IMG/VR virus record: IMGVR_UViG_2880389630_000005
Direction: 5' to 3' (one strand)
DNA: 64,000 nucleotides
From: a virus
Lineage: Duplodnaviria; Heunggongvirae; Uroviricota; Caudoviricetes
Each line of letters starts with the position of its first letter. Within the stretch, counting starts at the first letter, position 1. The notes beneath the pieces were generated by a model. It saw nothing but the letters and a program-made list of their open reading frames with translations, ran no database searches and was not told the origin of the DNA. This document shows positions 17,746 to 27,697 of the stretch, piece after piece. A program made the translations under genes and the position numbers.

Positions 17746-18486
17746 ATGCAAAAACAGATTATTGGTAACGCAACGTTGTATTGCGGTGATGTTCTTGATG
17801 TGCTGCCGGCGTTATCTGAACGTTTTGATGCCGTCATTACCGACCCGCCTTACAGCAGTGGTGGCACACACAAATCAGACCGCAGCATGGCCCCTTCGGA
17901 CAAGTATGTCGGTCACACCCAGTATGCCGAGTTCAGCGGGGATAACCGCGACCAGCGCAGCTGGGCATACTGGAGCACCCTGTGGATGTCCGGGGCTGCC
18001 CGCCTTGTGCGCCCCGGTGGTTATGTCATGGTGTTCAGTGACTGGCGACAGCTTCCCACCATGACCGACGTTTTTCAGGCCGGTGGTGTGCTGTGGCGTG
18101 GTCTTGTTGTCTGGGATAAAACGCAGGCTTCCCGTGCGCCACACACCGGCTATTTCCGGCATCAGGCCGAGTATGTGGTCTGGGGCAGCAACGGAAAACT
18201 CGACAAATGTCCGCACGGTGGCCCGTTCCCGGGTGTGATTACGCAGCGTGTTGTCCCGTCCGAAAAACTGCACATGACCGCAAAGCCGGTTCAGCTGATG
18301 GCCGAGCTGGTTAAACCGCTGGCACCGGATGCGCACGTTCTCGATCCGTTTATGGGAAGCGGCACCACCGCCATCCCTGTACTTGCCCGTGGCGGACGGT
18401 TTACCGGCATTGAAATGACTAACCAGTATTTTGATATCGCCTGCGCACGTATTGAAAAAGCGCAGGCAGAAGCAGCGCAGGTGTGA
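17746..18486 (+). CDS. Orphan DNA methyltransferase (N6-adenine or N4-cytosine; beta-class)
   Basis: 246 aa; catalytic DPPY (ITDPPYSSGG) precedes AdoMet motif FMGSGTT; no adjacent restriction gene. Confidence 0.9.
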   Translation: MQKQIIGNATLYCGDVLDVLPALSERFDAVITDPPYSSGGTHKSDRSMAPSDKYVGHTQYAEFSGDNRDQRSWAYWSTLWMSGAARLVRPGGYVMVFSDWRQLPTMTDVFQAGGVLWRGLVVWDKTQASRAPHTGYFRHQAEYVVWGSNGKLDKCPHGGPFPGVITQRVVPSEKLHMTAKPVQLMAELVKPLAPDAHVLDPFMGSGTTAIPVLARGGRFTGIEMTNQYFDIACARIEKAQAEAAQV

Positions 18487-18487
18487 C

Positions 18488-20128
18488 GTGGCAAAACGTA
18501 AACTTTCCATTAAAGAGTTTCAGAGAAGCCTGCAGGAGTACATCGCCAACCTCCGCCAGACCATCGAGGCTGAATGTCTGGGGTTCGATGTTAACCCGCA
18601 GGCCACACAGGCCCGCCGGGCGGCAGTCTGCGACCCGGTGACGGGCTACGATTATTTTGTCGAAAACTATTTCCCGCATTACGTCCGCAACCCGGCAAAA
18701 AGTGAGCTGCATAAATACCTGTTCAGCCGTCTGCCACAGGTTGTGGCAAGCCCGGACCCGGAGAACGACGCCATCGCCGCCCCCCGTGGTGAAGCAAAAT
18801 CCACGCTGGTGACTCAGCTGTTTACCCTGTGGAACATTATCCGGGCCATTAAACATTATCCGGTCATCATTATGGACAGTATCGACCAGGCTTATCCGAT
18901 GCTGGAAGCCATCAAGGCTGAACTGGAATTTAACCCCCGTTTAAAAAACGATTTCCCGGAAGTGTGCGGGCAGGGTCGCGTCTGGCGTATGGGGACCATC
19001 GTCACGGCCAACAATATCAAGGTGACCGTTGCCGGTAGTGGTAAAAAGCTGCGTGGTCTGCGCCACGGTCCGTACCGTCCTGACCTGGTTATCCTCGACG
19101 ACATCGAGAACGACGAGATGGTGCGTAACCCGGAGCAGCGCGACAAGCTGCATGACTGGCTCACCAAAACCGTGATGCCGCTGGGCGAGGCTGGCGGTAA
19201 AACCGATATTATTTATATCGGGACCATCCTGCATTACGACTCCGTACTGTCACGCACGCTGAATAACCCGATGTGGAAAACGGCCCGCTTTAAGGCTGTC
19301 ATTCAGTGGCCTGCCAATATGAAGCTGTGGGACGAGTGGGAAGAACTCATCCGCAACAAACAGCCGGAAGCAGCAGAGGCACTTTACCGACAGAACGAAG
19401 CCGACATGCTCGCCGGGTCGGTGGTGTCATGGGCGGCGCGTCCCCTGCTGGCACTGATGAAAATCCGTGTCCGTGACGGTCATGACACCTTTGATTCTGA
19501 ATACCAGAACGACCCGGTCAGCGGTGAAGATGCGCTGTTTGCGGGCTGCATTAAGTTCTGGGTTAACCGTCTTGATGAATGGGTGTTTTATGGTGCTGTT
19601 GACCCCAGTCTCGGGAAGAAAAACAAAAACCGCGACCCGTCGGCCATTCTCGTGGGGGGCTTTAACCGCTTTACCGGCATTCTGGATGTGGTTGAAGCCG
19701 ATATCCGCCGACGTCTGCCAAACAAACTTATCGAAGACGTGATTAAGTATCAGCGGGAATACCACTGTCTGTGCTGGTCGTTTGAGTCCGTCCAGTTTCA
19801 GGAGTTTCTGCGTACCGTGCTGGTTGAGCGTTCGGCGGCGCTGGGCGTGCCGGTTCCGGCGCTGCCGGTCATCCCGCTGGAGGATAAAGCGCTGCGTATT
19901 GAGTCCCTTCAGCCGCATATGGCCAATGGCCTGATCCGCATCAGTCCGGCACATCAGACGCTGATTGACCAGCTGCGCCACTACCCCAAAGCCGACCACG
20001 ATGATGGCCCGGACTGTCTGCACATGCTGTGGACGCTGGCGGTATCGCGCAGCGCAAAATTTCAGATACACACCCCACGCAGCAGCGGGCGTGACCGTGG
20101 CGGGCGTTTTGGTTCAGGAGGATGGTAA
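18488..20128 (+). CDS. Terminase large subunit (Mu gp28-like)
   Basis: 546 aa from GTG 18488; longest ORF 18431-20128; position before portal. Confidence 0.85.
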   Translation: MAKRKLSIKEFQRSLQEYIANLRQTIEAECLGFDVNPQATQARRAAVCDPVTGYDYFVENYFPHYVRNPAKSELHKYLFSRLPQVVASPDPENDAIAAPRGEAKSTLVTQLFTLWNIIRAIKHYPVIIMDSIDQAYPMLEAIKAELEFNPRLKNDFPEVCGQGRVWRMGTIVTANNIKVTVAGSGKKLRGLRHGPYRPDLVILDDIENDEMVRNPEQRDKLHDWLTKTVMPLGEAGGKTDIIYIGTILHYDSVLSRTLNNPMWKTARFKAVIQWPANMKLWDEWEELIRNKQPEAAEALYRQNEADMLAGSVVSWAARPLLALMKIRVRDGHDTFDSEYQNDPVSGEDALFAGCIKFWVNRLDEWVFYGAVDPSLGKKNKNRDPSAILVGGFNRFTGILDVVEADIRRRLPNKLIEDVIKYQREYHCLCWSFESVQFQEFLRTVLVERSAALGVPVPALPVIPLEDKALRIESLQPHMANGLIRISPAHQTLIDQLRHYPKADHDDGPDCLHMLWTLAVSRSAKFQIHTPRSSGRDRGGRFGSGGW

Positions 20129-20131
20129 TTA

Positions 20132-21727
20132 ATGGCACAGCTTGTTGATATTTACGGACGCCCGCTGAAACGTGAGGCACTCAAAACAACGCAGTCGGTC
20201 AGAGTGGCGGAACGACTGCGCATCTATCCCGATCACCCGTCCCGTGGTCTGAACATCAGAAAACTGCCGCGTATTCTGGAAGCAGCCGAACGCGGTTATC
20301 TTCCGGCGCAGGCGATGCTGTTTGCGGATATGGAAGAACGTGATGGCCATCTGTTCGCCGAGATGGAAAAGCGCAAAAAAGCGTTGCTGACGCTGGACTG
20401 GTCGGTGGAGCCGCCCCGCAATGCCTCGAAGGCAGAAAAGGAGCTGGCCGCCGCCGTGGATGAATGGCTGCACGGCATCCCGGACATGGAGGACATCATC
20501 CTCAACGGGATGAGCGGTGTCGGTTACGGCTTCAGCTGTCAGGAAATCAGCTGGGCGTTCGTGGATAAAACATGGTTACCGGATGCGGTGACGCTGCGCC
20601 CGCATAACTGGTTCATAACTCTGCCGGAACACAATGACGAACTCCGGCTGGATGACGGCAACCGTGGGGAAGACGGTAAGGACGGTTCCGCATTGTGGCC
20701 GTTCGGCTGGCTGGTTCACCGTTACAACGCCCGGTCGGGGTTCCTGGGTTCATCCGGCCTGTTCCGCGTACTGGTCTGGCCGTATCTGTTTAAAAACTTC
20801 GCGCTGCGTGATATGGCGGAATTTCTGGAGATTTACGGTCTTCCAGCGCGCATTGCGTACTATGCACAGGGCACCAGTGACGCGGACCGGGACAACATTC
20901 TTGAGGCGCTGGTCAATCTGGGGCATGAAGCGGTGGCAGCCCTGCCGCAGGGTAACGAAATCGAGTTCAAGGAAGCCGCATCCGGCGGACCGGAGGCATT
21001 CATGTCGATGGTGGAATGGGCGGAGCGTACCACCTCAAAAGTGATTCTGGGCAGTACGCTGACCAGCCAGGCCGACGGTAAAACCTCCACCAACGCACTG
21101 GGTAATGTCCATAACGAGGTCCGGCACGACATTCTGACCGCTGATGCACGCCAGCTGTCCGGCATGTTCAGCAGTCTGATACAGATGATGGCCAGTCTCA
21201 ACGGCTGGCAGGATATCCCGTCACGCCGTCTTCCGCGACTGGTGTTTGATGTGCAGCAGGAAGCCGACATTAAGGGCGTGGCGGAAGCCGTCAGCGTGCT
21301 GCTCAACAATGTGGGGATGAAGGATATCCCGGCGTCGTGGGTACGCAAAAAAACCGGTATCCCCACCCCGAAAGACGGCGAAGAGGTACTGGTGCCGGTG
21401 GCACAGCGTCTCCCTGTGCAGGCGGGCCTCAGCCAGTTGCGTGAGCGGCTGAATGTCGTCGCACTCAGTCAGCAGGACAACGGGGAGGACGACCCGGCAC
21501 AGAACGCCATCGACCGGGCAGAGCTTCCGGCAGAGGCCATCGCGCAGGGGATGAACGAACTGGTGGCCCCACTGGTGCAGGCCATACAGGAAGGCCGGGA
21601 TGCAGACGAGGCTATGAACGTACTGGCGGAAGCGTGGCCGGAGCTGCCGGATGAAACGCTGCGGCAGTTGCTGACACAGGCATTCTTTGTGGCGGATATC
21701 TGGGGGCGACTGAATGCCGACAGCTGA
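20132..21727 (+). CDS. Portal protein (Mu gp29-like)
   Basis: 531 aa; follows terminase; Mu portal-like. Confidence 0.9.
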   Translation: MAQLVDIYGRPLKREALKTTQSVRVAERLRIYPDHPSRGLNIRKLPRILEAAERGYLPAQAMLFADMEERDGHLFAEMEKRKKALLTLDWSVEPPRNASKAEKELAAAVDEWLHGIPDMEDIILNGMSGVGYGFSCQEISWAFVDKTWLPDAVTLRPHNWFITLPEHNDELRLDDGNRGEDGKDGSALWPFGWLVHRYNARSGFLGSSGLFRVLVWPYLFKNFALRDMAEFLEIYGLPARIAYYAQGTSDADRDNILEALVNLGHEAVAALPQGNEIEFKEAASGGPEAFMSMVEWAERTTSKVILGSTLTSQADGKTSTNALGNVHNEVRHDILTADARQLSGMFSSLIQMMASLNGWQDIPSRRLPRLVFDVQQEADIKGVAEAVSVLLNNVGMKDIPASWVRKKTGIPTPKDGEEVLVPVAQRLPVQAGLSQLRERLNVVALSQQDNGEDDPAQNAIDRAELPAEAIAQGMNELVAPLVQAIQEGRDADEAMNVLAEAWPELPDETLRQLLTQAFFVADIWGRLNADS

Positions 21728-22880
21728 CGATGTTGACCTGGGTTATGCGTACACCCTGAAGCCGGAAGAAGCGATTAAGTATTTCGAAAGCAAGGGATAC
21801 GTTATCGGCTTCCGCTGGCACGATGTGAAGGACATCGCCAACGCCCGGGCGTTCACTGTGGCGGGCGTGCTGAAACTGGATGTGCTGAAGGATATCCGTG
21901 ATGGCCTGACGGCCACACTGGCTGACGGCGGGACGTTCCGGGAGTTTGCTGCACAACTGGAACCACTGCTGGAATCAAAAGGCTGGCTGGGTAAAAAACT
22001 GATTGTGGACGAGGACACCGGCGAACTGCACGGCAGACAACTGACGCCGCGCCGGTTGCGCACGATATTTGATACCAACATTCAGTCGTCATATAACGCC
22101 GGGCGTTATCAGCAACAGATGGCGAACGTGGCTGACCGGCCTTATTTTGAGCGCGTGGCGGTGATGGACCTTCACACCCGCCCGAAACACGCCGCCCTGA
22201 ACGGTTTTACCGCCCGGGCGGATGACCCTGTCTGGGAGTATTTCTACGCGCCGGACGGATACGGATGCCGCTGCCGTATCCGTGCGCGTTCGGCGTCTGA
22301 TGTGGAGAAATACGGCCTGACGGTGCAGAGCAGCGAGGGGCGACTGGTTGAGGTTGAACAGGAATATGACCAGCCGGGCCAGACCATCAGAACGATGGGG
22401 CTGAAGATGCCGGATGGCTCCGTGTATACCGCCGACCCGGGCTTCGGATTTAATCCCGGTCGGGTGGCATGGCAGCCGGAACTGGAAAAATATGATTACC
22501 GTAGCGCCCGCCAGTATGTCACCGGCACCCTGACCGGGCCGGATTTTGCCCGGGGACTGGCGAACGTCAGCGAACTGGATGCGCGCCAGCGATATCCGCT
22601 GGCCATCCGTTCACCGGAACAGGTCGCTGCCACGGGCGCTGCACGGCAGACGGTAAACCTTACGGCTGACGTCATGAAACGCCTCAGTGCAACAAACACA
22701 CCCCCGACCGCCGCCGACTATGTGCTGATGCAGCAGACCATCGAACGGGCGGAGCATGTCACACAGGACGGCAACGCGTGGCGGTATGCGTTACAGTCGG
22801 GCGACCGCTGGTCGGTGGTGACAGTTGAGGATGACGCGCTGACAGACTGGGTTATGCAGGATACCCCGGAGGCATCATGA
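21714..22880 (+). CDS. Head morphogenesis protein (Mu F-like)
   Basis: 388 aa; HTRPKHAALNGF...GYGCRCRIRA motif of the Mu F family. Confidence 0.9.
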   Translation: MPTADDVDLGYAYTLKPEEAIKYFESKGYVIGFRWHDVKDIANARAFTVAGVLKLDVLKDIRDGLTATLADGGTFREFAAQLEPLLESKGWLGKKLIVDEDTGELHGRQLTPRRLRTIFDTNIQSSYNAGRYQQQMANVADRPYFERVAVMDLHTRPKHAALNGFTARADDPVWEYFYAPDGYGCRCRIRARSASDVEKYGLTVQSSEGRLVEVEQEYDQPGQTIRTMGLKMPDGSVYTADPGFGFNPGRVAWQPELEKYDYRSARQYVTGTLTGPDFARGLANVSELDARQRYPLAIRSPEQVAATGAARQTVNLTADVMKRLSATNTPPTAADYVLMQQTIERAEHVTQDGNAWRYALQSGDRWSVVTVEDDALTDWVMQDTPEAS

Positions 22881-23428
22881 GCAACGGTAAACTGGATATT
22901 AAGATTGATTTAAGCGCGTATAACACCACGCTGGGGAAACTGATTCGTTCCGTGAAGGACCGGCACGACCTGATGACGGCACTTGCGGGTTCCATGCTGG
23001 ATGCGGTTGAGACTAACTTTGAACAACAGGGTCGCCCGAAATGGATGGGCTGGAGTCCGGCTTATGCGAAGCGACGCGGCCCCGGGCAAATCCTTCAGAA
23101 GTCCGGGCGACTGGCTGCCAGTATCCGCTCTGCGGTTAACAATAACGAGGCCACGGTCGGGACAAACGTCCGTTATGCCCGTATCCACAACGAAGGCGGC
23201 GAAATCCGCCATCAGGCACGGACGCAGAACCTGTATTTTAAACAGTACAAAAACGGCAGCGTCAGCACCCGCTTTGTGAAAAAGCGCAACAGTAATTTTG
23301 TGCAGAGCGCAACTGTCGGGGCATATACGGTCAACATGCCCGCGCGCCCCTTCCTTCAGCTCGTGCAGGACGACATCGACGAGCTGGAGAACACCGCAAA
23401 CCGCTATTTTGCGCGTGTGATTGACTGA
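22877..23428 (+). CDS. Virion morphogenesis protein (Mu G-like)
   Basis: 183 aa; position after F; ARPFL C-terminal motif. Confidence 0.8.
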   Translation: MSNGKLDIKIDLSAYNTTLGKLIRSVKDRHDLMTALAGSMLDAVETNFEQQGRPKWMGWSPAYAKRRGPGQILQKSGRLAASIRSAVNNNEATVGTNVRYARIHNEGGEIRHQARTQNLYFKQYKNGSVSTRFVKKRNSNFVQSATVGAYTVNMPARPFLQLVQDDIDELENTANRYFARVID

Positions 23429-23583
23429 ATGGCGACAAACGCGCTGTAATCGGCTGTGACGGCATAAACGCCTCACGGATGAGGCATAACAGCACCGCGC
23501 CCCATAAATGCCGTCAGAATCGTTTTTAAAAGGGTTTTAAAAACGGTTTTATTTCCCTTTTTATCCTTTCGCGTTATGGCAGG

Positions 23584-24753
23584 GTGCTGAACACCCTCCA
23601 CAGTACCCCGGCTTCCCCTTCCGTCATCATGCCGCGTATGAAACTGAAAATTGCGGCGTTAAGCCTCGAAATTACTAAAGCAACCCACAGCGAAATCCAG
23701 CTGTTACCGGCAGGCGAGTTCAGCGCGGTGGATGGTCGCCCACATACCGATGAAGTCGAAAGCGGTAAATGGGTGCTGACTGCCGAACTGGCCGCGCAGC
23801 TTGTCGCACAGGTGGCCGCCCGCGCCACGCCTTTTGTCATTGATTACGAACATCAGACGCTGCGCGCCGTAAACAACGGCAAGCCCGCCCCGGCGGCGGG
23901 CTGGTTCAGCCAGGTGGAATGGCGTGAAGGTTCGGGCTTGTATGCCACCGGTGTGGAGTGGACGGAGAACGCGGCGGCCATGATTGCCGCCGGTGAGTAC
24001 AAATTTATTTCCCCGGTATTTGGATACAACCGGCGCGGCGAAGTCATTGAACTGTTACACGCCGCACTGACCAATACCCCGGCGCTGGACGGTATGGACG
24101 CGGTCATGCTGGCTGCGGCCAGCCGTCTGGCGAGTCTGTCAACTGAAACGGAGACCACAACAGTGGATGAAGAACTGTTAAACGATTTGCTGTCCAGTCT
24201 GCGCTGGATGCTTAACCTCCCGGTTACCTCAACGGCGGAAGATATCAAAAACGAGCTGCAAAAGGTCGTTGACATGATTTCGAACGGTCAGGGAACGGCG
24301 GCGGCATCCGTCAGCCTGCTGGCCCTGCTGAATCAGAAAGATGAGCAAATCGCCAGCCTGTCAGCCAGTGCCTATGACCCGTCAAAACACATTTCCCTTG
24401 CTGCCTTCGAAGAACTTCAGGGGCGTTATGCCGCACTGGCGCAACAGTCCGGTGAGGCCGAAGCCGGGACACTGATTCAGGCGGCGCTGTCTGACGGGCG
24501 ACTGCTTCCGGCACAGGAAGACTGGGCGAAAGATTACGCCAGCCGCGATATCAACGGCTTTAAGTCCTGGCTGGAGAACGCACCGAAACTTGTTGCGCTC
24601 AGTCAGACACAGACCGGCGGCAAAGCCCCCAAAACGCCGTCGCCTGCCCCGGCGCAGATTAAAACCGGCGATGACGTCGATGTCGATATCGCCATTTGTT
24701 CAATGATGGGCGTCGATCCAGAGGATGTCGCCCGTTACGCAGGAGATGAGTAA
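23584..24753 (+). CDS. Head maturation protease/scaffold (Mu I-like)
   Basis: Up to 389 aa; true start may be ATG 23629 or 23638; position between G and major head. Confidence 0.8.
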   Translation: MLNTLHSTPASPSVIMPRMKLKIAALSLEITKATHSEIQLLPAGEFSAVDGRPHTDEVESGKWVLTAELAAQLVAQVAARATPFVIDYEHQTLRAVNNGKPAPAAGWFSQVEWREGSGLYATGVEWTENAAAMIAAGEYKFISPVFGYNRRGEVIELLHAALTNTPALDGMDAVMLAAASRLASLSTETETTTVDEELLNDLLSSLRWMLNLPVTSTAEDIKNELQKVVDMISNGQGTAAASVSLLALLNQKDEQIASLSASAYDPSKHISLAAFEELQGRYAALAQQSGEAEAGTLIQAALSDGRLLPAQEDWAKDYASRDINGFKSWLENAPKLVALSQTQTGGKAPKTPSPAPAQIKTGDDVDVDIAICSMMGVDPEDVARYAGDE

Positions 24754-25149
24754 ATGGATCGCAATACCCCCTACCGTGACGGCGAACTGAACCCGGTGCC
24801 GGTTGCCGCTGCGACCGAAATTTTTGGTGGTCATATGGTGGCCGTTAACGCATCCGGTTATGCCGTTCCGGCCAGTGCCACGGCCTCACAGATTACGCTG
24901 GGCGTGTCTGATGGCTGGGCGGATAACAGTACCGGCAGCGATGGCGATGTCACCGTTCTGGTGCGTTGCGGCAAAGATTTTCTGATGGTGAACAGCACCT
25001 CAGACCCGGTCACACAATCGCAGGTCGGCAAGCTGTGCTACGTGGAAGACAGCGTAACCGTGGCAAAAACCGACAACAGCAGCGCCCGTCCTGTCGCCGG
25101 GAAAGTGATCGGCATCTGTGGCGATGGCGTCTGGGTTCATTTCAGTTAA
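24754..25149 (+). CDS. Hypothetical head-associated protein
   Basis: 131 aa; between protease/scaffold and major head genes. Confidence 0.55.
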   Translation: MDRNTPYRDGELNPVPVAAATEIFGGHMVAVNASGYAVPASATASQITLGVSDGWADNSTGSDGDVTVLVRCGKDFLMVNSTSDPVTQSQVGKLCYVEDSVTVAKTDNSSARPVAGKVIGICGDGVWVHFS

Positions 25150-25159
25150 GGAGCAAAAC

Positions 25160-26068
25160 GTGTTAGTCAACGTTAAAAACGTCAAACAGATTTTTATCAA
25201 TCTGAAGGCCACCTTCCAGAAAGCCTTCGACCAGTCGCCAACTGACTGGCAGAAGGTGGCAATGGAAGTGCCATCAAACGGCAAGGAAAACGACTACAGC
25301 TGGTTAAGTCGTTTCCCGAAAATGCGCGAGTGGATTGGCGACAAGGTCGTTAAATCACTGGCGGCATTTAACTACACCATCCGTAACAAGGACTGGGAAG
25401 CCACGGTTGAAGTCGATCGTAACGACATCGAGGACGACCAGATTATGGGCTATGCCCTTCAGGCAAAAGGAGCCGGACAGTCGGCGGCAGAACTCCCGGC
25501 AGATATTGTGGCGTCCCTTATCAGTAACGGTTTTACCAATCCCTGTTACGACGGCCAGATGTTCTTTGATACCGACCACCTGGTCGCCGGTAAATCGGTG
25601 TCCAATAAAGGCACCAAAAAACTCAAAGTTGGCTCGCTTGCCGAGGCGAAAGCCTCCTACGGTGCCGCCCGTACTGCCATGCGCAGCCTGAAAGATGACG
25701 AAGGCGCATCCCTCAAAATTCGCCCGAATCTGCTGGTTGTGCCACCGGCGCTGGAAGATGACGCGAACTACCTGATGACCGCCGAGAAGTTCCCGGACGG
25801 TACGCCGAACCCGTACCGCAGTACCGCCGACGTGCTGGTGATGCCGGAGCTGGCGTCGGATTCTGCGTGGTTCCTGTTTGACACCACCAAACCGGTGAAA
25901 CCGCTGATTTATCAGCTGCGTAAAAAGCCTGTTTTTGTGGAGCAGACGGACTACAACAGCGACAACGTGTTCAAGCGTAAGAAGTTCCTGTTTGGTGCCG
26001 AAGCGCGCTGTAACGGCGGTTACGGCTTCTGGCAGATGGCATTTGGTTCTGATGGTACGACGGAGTAA
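25160..26068 (+). CDS. Major head subunit (Mu T-like)
   Basis: 302 aa from GTG 25160 with RBS aaggagcaaaac; longest ORF begins 25118. Confidence 0.9.
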   Translation: MLVNVKNVKQIFINLKATFQKAFDQSPTDWQKVAMEVPSNGKENDYSWLSRFPKMREWIGDKVVKSLAAFNYTIRNKDWEATVEVDRNDIEDDQIMGYALQAKGAGQSAAELPADIVASLISNGFTNPCYDGQMFFDTDHLVAGKSVSNKGTKKLKVGSLAEAKASYGAARTAMRSLKDDEGASLKIRPNLLVVPPALEDDANYLMTAEKFPDGTPNPYRSTADVLVMPELASDSAWFLFDTTKPVKPLIYQLRKKPVFVEQTDYNSDNVFKRKKFLFGAEARCNGGYGFWQMAFGSDGTTE

Positions 26069-26071
26069 TGC

Positions 26072-26413
26072 ATGGAAAAGGTGATTGAAATTACCGCCCG
26101 CCGCGAGGGTTTTCGCCGCTGCGGTGTGGCACACAGCGCAACCACGAAGGCATGGCCTGTGGATGCGTTCACCCCGGAACAGCTGGCGGTGCTGAAGGCT
26201 GACCCCATGCTGATTGTGGTGGAGCGCGATAAAGCGTCCGGTCAGAACGACGCGGTCCGGGGTGATGAACTGGCCGCACAGCTGGATGCCGAACGTCAGA
26301 AAGTCAGCGAACTGACGGCGCAGCTGGAAGAAGAACGCCAGAAAGTCAGTGAACTGACCGCACAGCTGAACGCCGCACAGAAAACACAAAAAGCGGAGAA
26401 AAAGGAGAAGTAA
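26072..26413 (+). CDS. Hypothetical coiled-coil protein with internal tandem repeat
   Basis: 113 aa; ERQKVSELTAQL repeated twice; K/E-rich tail. Confidence 0.5.
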   Translation: MEKVIEITARREGFRRCGVAHSATTKAWPVDAFTPEQLAVLKADPMLIVVERDKASGQNDAVRGDELAAQLDAERQKVSELTAQLEEERQKVSELTAQLNAAQKTQKAEKKEK

Positions 26414-26416
26414 CCC

Positions 26417-26848
26417 ATGTCTTACGCCACACCGGAACAGTTCATCAGGGCGTTCAGTGAACGCGAGGCGTGCACACTGACGGATGAAGAGATGACCGGG
26501 CTTATCAACGAGGAAAAGCTGGCCTCCGCGCTTGCGCGTGCCAGTGCCCAGATTGATGGCTATCTGGTGGGGCGTTACCGGACCCCGTGGCCTGACAGCC
26601 CGGGGATTCTGGTGGGTTACTGCTGCGATATCGCCCGTTATCACCTGGCGACCGATTACCGTATCTGCTCAGAAGAAATTCAGATGCGCTACCGGGACGC
26701 CATCCGCTTTCTGGAGAAAGTCGCGGCAGGACAAATCAACCTCGGGCGGGATACGTCCGGCAGCGTGATCCCGTCATCGTCACAGGTGCGTATCCGCTCC
26801 GGCTCCCGTCAGTTCGGGCGTGAGTCCACGCGGGGAGGTGCATTCTGA
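26417..26848 (+). CDS. Mu gp36-like head-tail connector protein
   Basis: 143 aa; position and similarity to Mu gp36 family. Confidence 0.75.
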   Translation: MSYATPEQFIRAFSEREACTLTDEEMTGLINEEKLASALARASAQIDGYLVGRYRTPWPDSPGILVGYCCDIARYHLATDYRICSEEIQMRYRDAIRFLEKVAAGQINLGRDTSGSVIPSSSQVRIRSGSRQFGRESTRGGAF

Positions 26849-26901
26849 TTACTGAAATTGAACGGGCGCTGGTTGAACGTCTGCGTTGTGGTCTGGGGAA
26901 A

Positions 26902-27483
26902 ATGGTGCGGGAAGTCCGCACCTATGCCGGTGAACTGGATGAAGACCCGGGCCGGATTGTTCGCAGCCTTCCGGCAGCCTGGGTGACGTTCGGCGGCATC
27001 GCGAAAACCGAACGCTATTCCACGTCACGCCAGAAATACATTGCCACCGGACGCTTTGTGGTTGTGGTGGGTGATTACAACACCCGCAGCGAACAGAGCG
27101 CCAGACAGGGAGGCACCGTCCGGGATGAGGTCGGTACAAACCTGCTGGTTGAATCCGTCCGTCGCCTGCTGACCGGTCAGGATTTGGGGCTGGAGATTGA
27201 TTATTTCGAACCCGGGCGTGTCAGGACGCTGTTTAACACCGGCGTGGCAGAGCGGGCAATGTCCGTGTTTGCCTGTGAGTTTGATACCCGCTGGGTGGAG
27301 CACGCGCTGGAGAACGGCAAATGGCCGGAGCGCGGTGCAGAAGCGGATATGGCTTTCAACCGTTACCACGGCCGTCTGTCAGACCCCGACCCGGATTTAC
27401 TGCGAATTGGTACGCAATACGGCGCAGATATCTGTGGTCTGGATGAATTAAGAGAGCAACAGCATGAACAAAATGAAGGTTAA
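26902..27483 (+). CDS. Mu gp37-like protein
   Basis: 193 aa; start may lie upstream (frame open from 26848). Confidence 0.7.
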   Translation: MVREVRTYAGELDEDPGRIVRSLPAAWVTFGGIAKTERYSTSRQKYIATGRFVVVVGDYNTRSEQSARQGGTVRDEVGTNLLVESVRRLLTGQDLGLEIDYFEPGRVRTLFNTGVAERAMSVFACEFDTRWVEHALENGKWPERGAEADMAFNRYHGRLSDPDPDLLRIGTQYGADICGLDELREQQHEQNEG

Positions 27484-27697
27484 GGCGGCTCCCGGGATGA
27501 AGTTCCCGATGGAGGATAACGCCCGGAAATACATCACCACGGAAGCGGTGATCGTTGAAAACACCGCTTATTACCGGCGCGCTGTTCAGGATGGTGACCT
27601 GATTCTGGTGGCTGAAGAGCCTGAAACGGCAGAACAGGACACCGGACCAGAAAAAGCGAAGGTGAAGAAAGAGAAACAGGTGGGCTCCGATGAGTGA
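27464..27697 (+). CDS. Mu gp38-like small protein
   Basis: 77 aa; immediately upstream of sheath gene. Confidence 0.55.
   Translation: MNKMKVKAAPGMKFPMEDNARKYITTEAVIVENTAYYRRAVQDGDLILVAEEPETAEQDTGPEKAKVKKEKQVGSDE

Noticed and set aside
19427-20071. 214-aa minus-strand ORF inside the large terminase gene
   Set aside because: Antisense shadow of the terminase gene; Arg-rich low-complexity product.
22877-23640. Looked for an anti-CRISPR/aca-type insertion between the Mu G-like and I-like genes, a known hotspot in some Mu-like phages
   Set aside because: The ~155-bp gap (23429-23583) contains no ORF; nothing to report.
25355-26644. 429-aa minus-strand ORF
   Set aside because: Antisense to the major head gene and neighbours in a unidirectional late operon; low-complexity Arg/Gly/Leu-rich translation.
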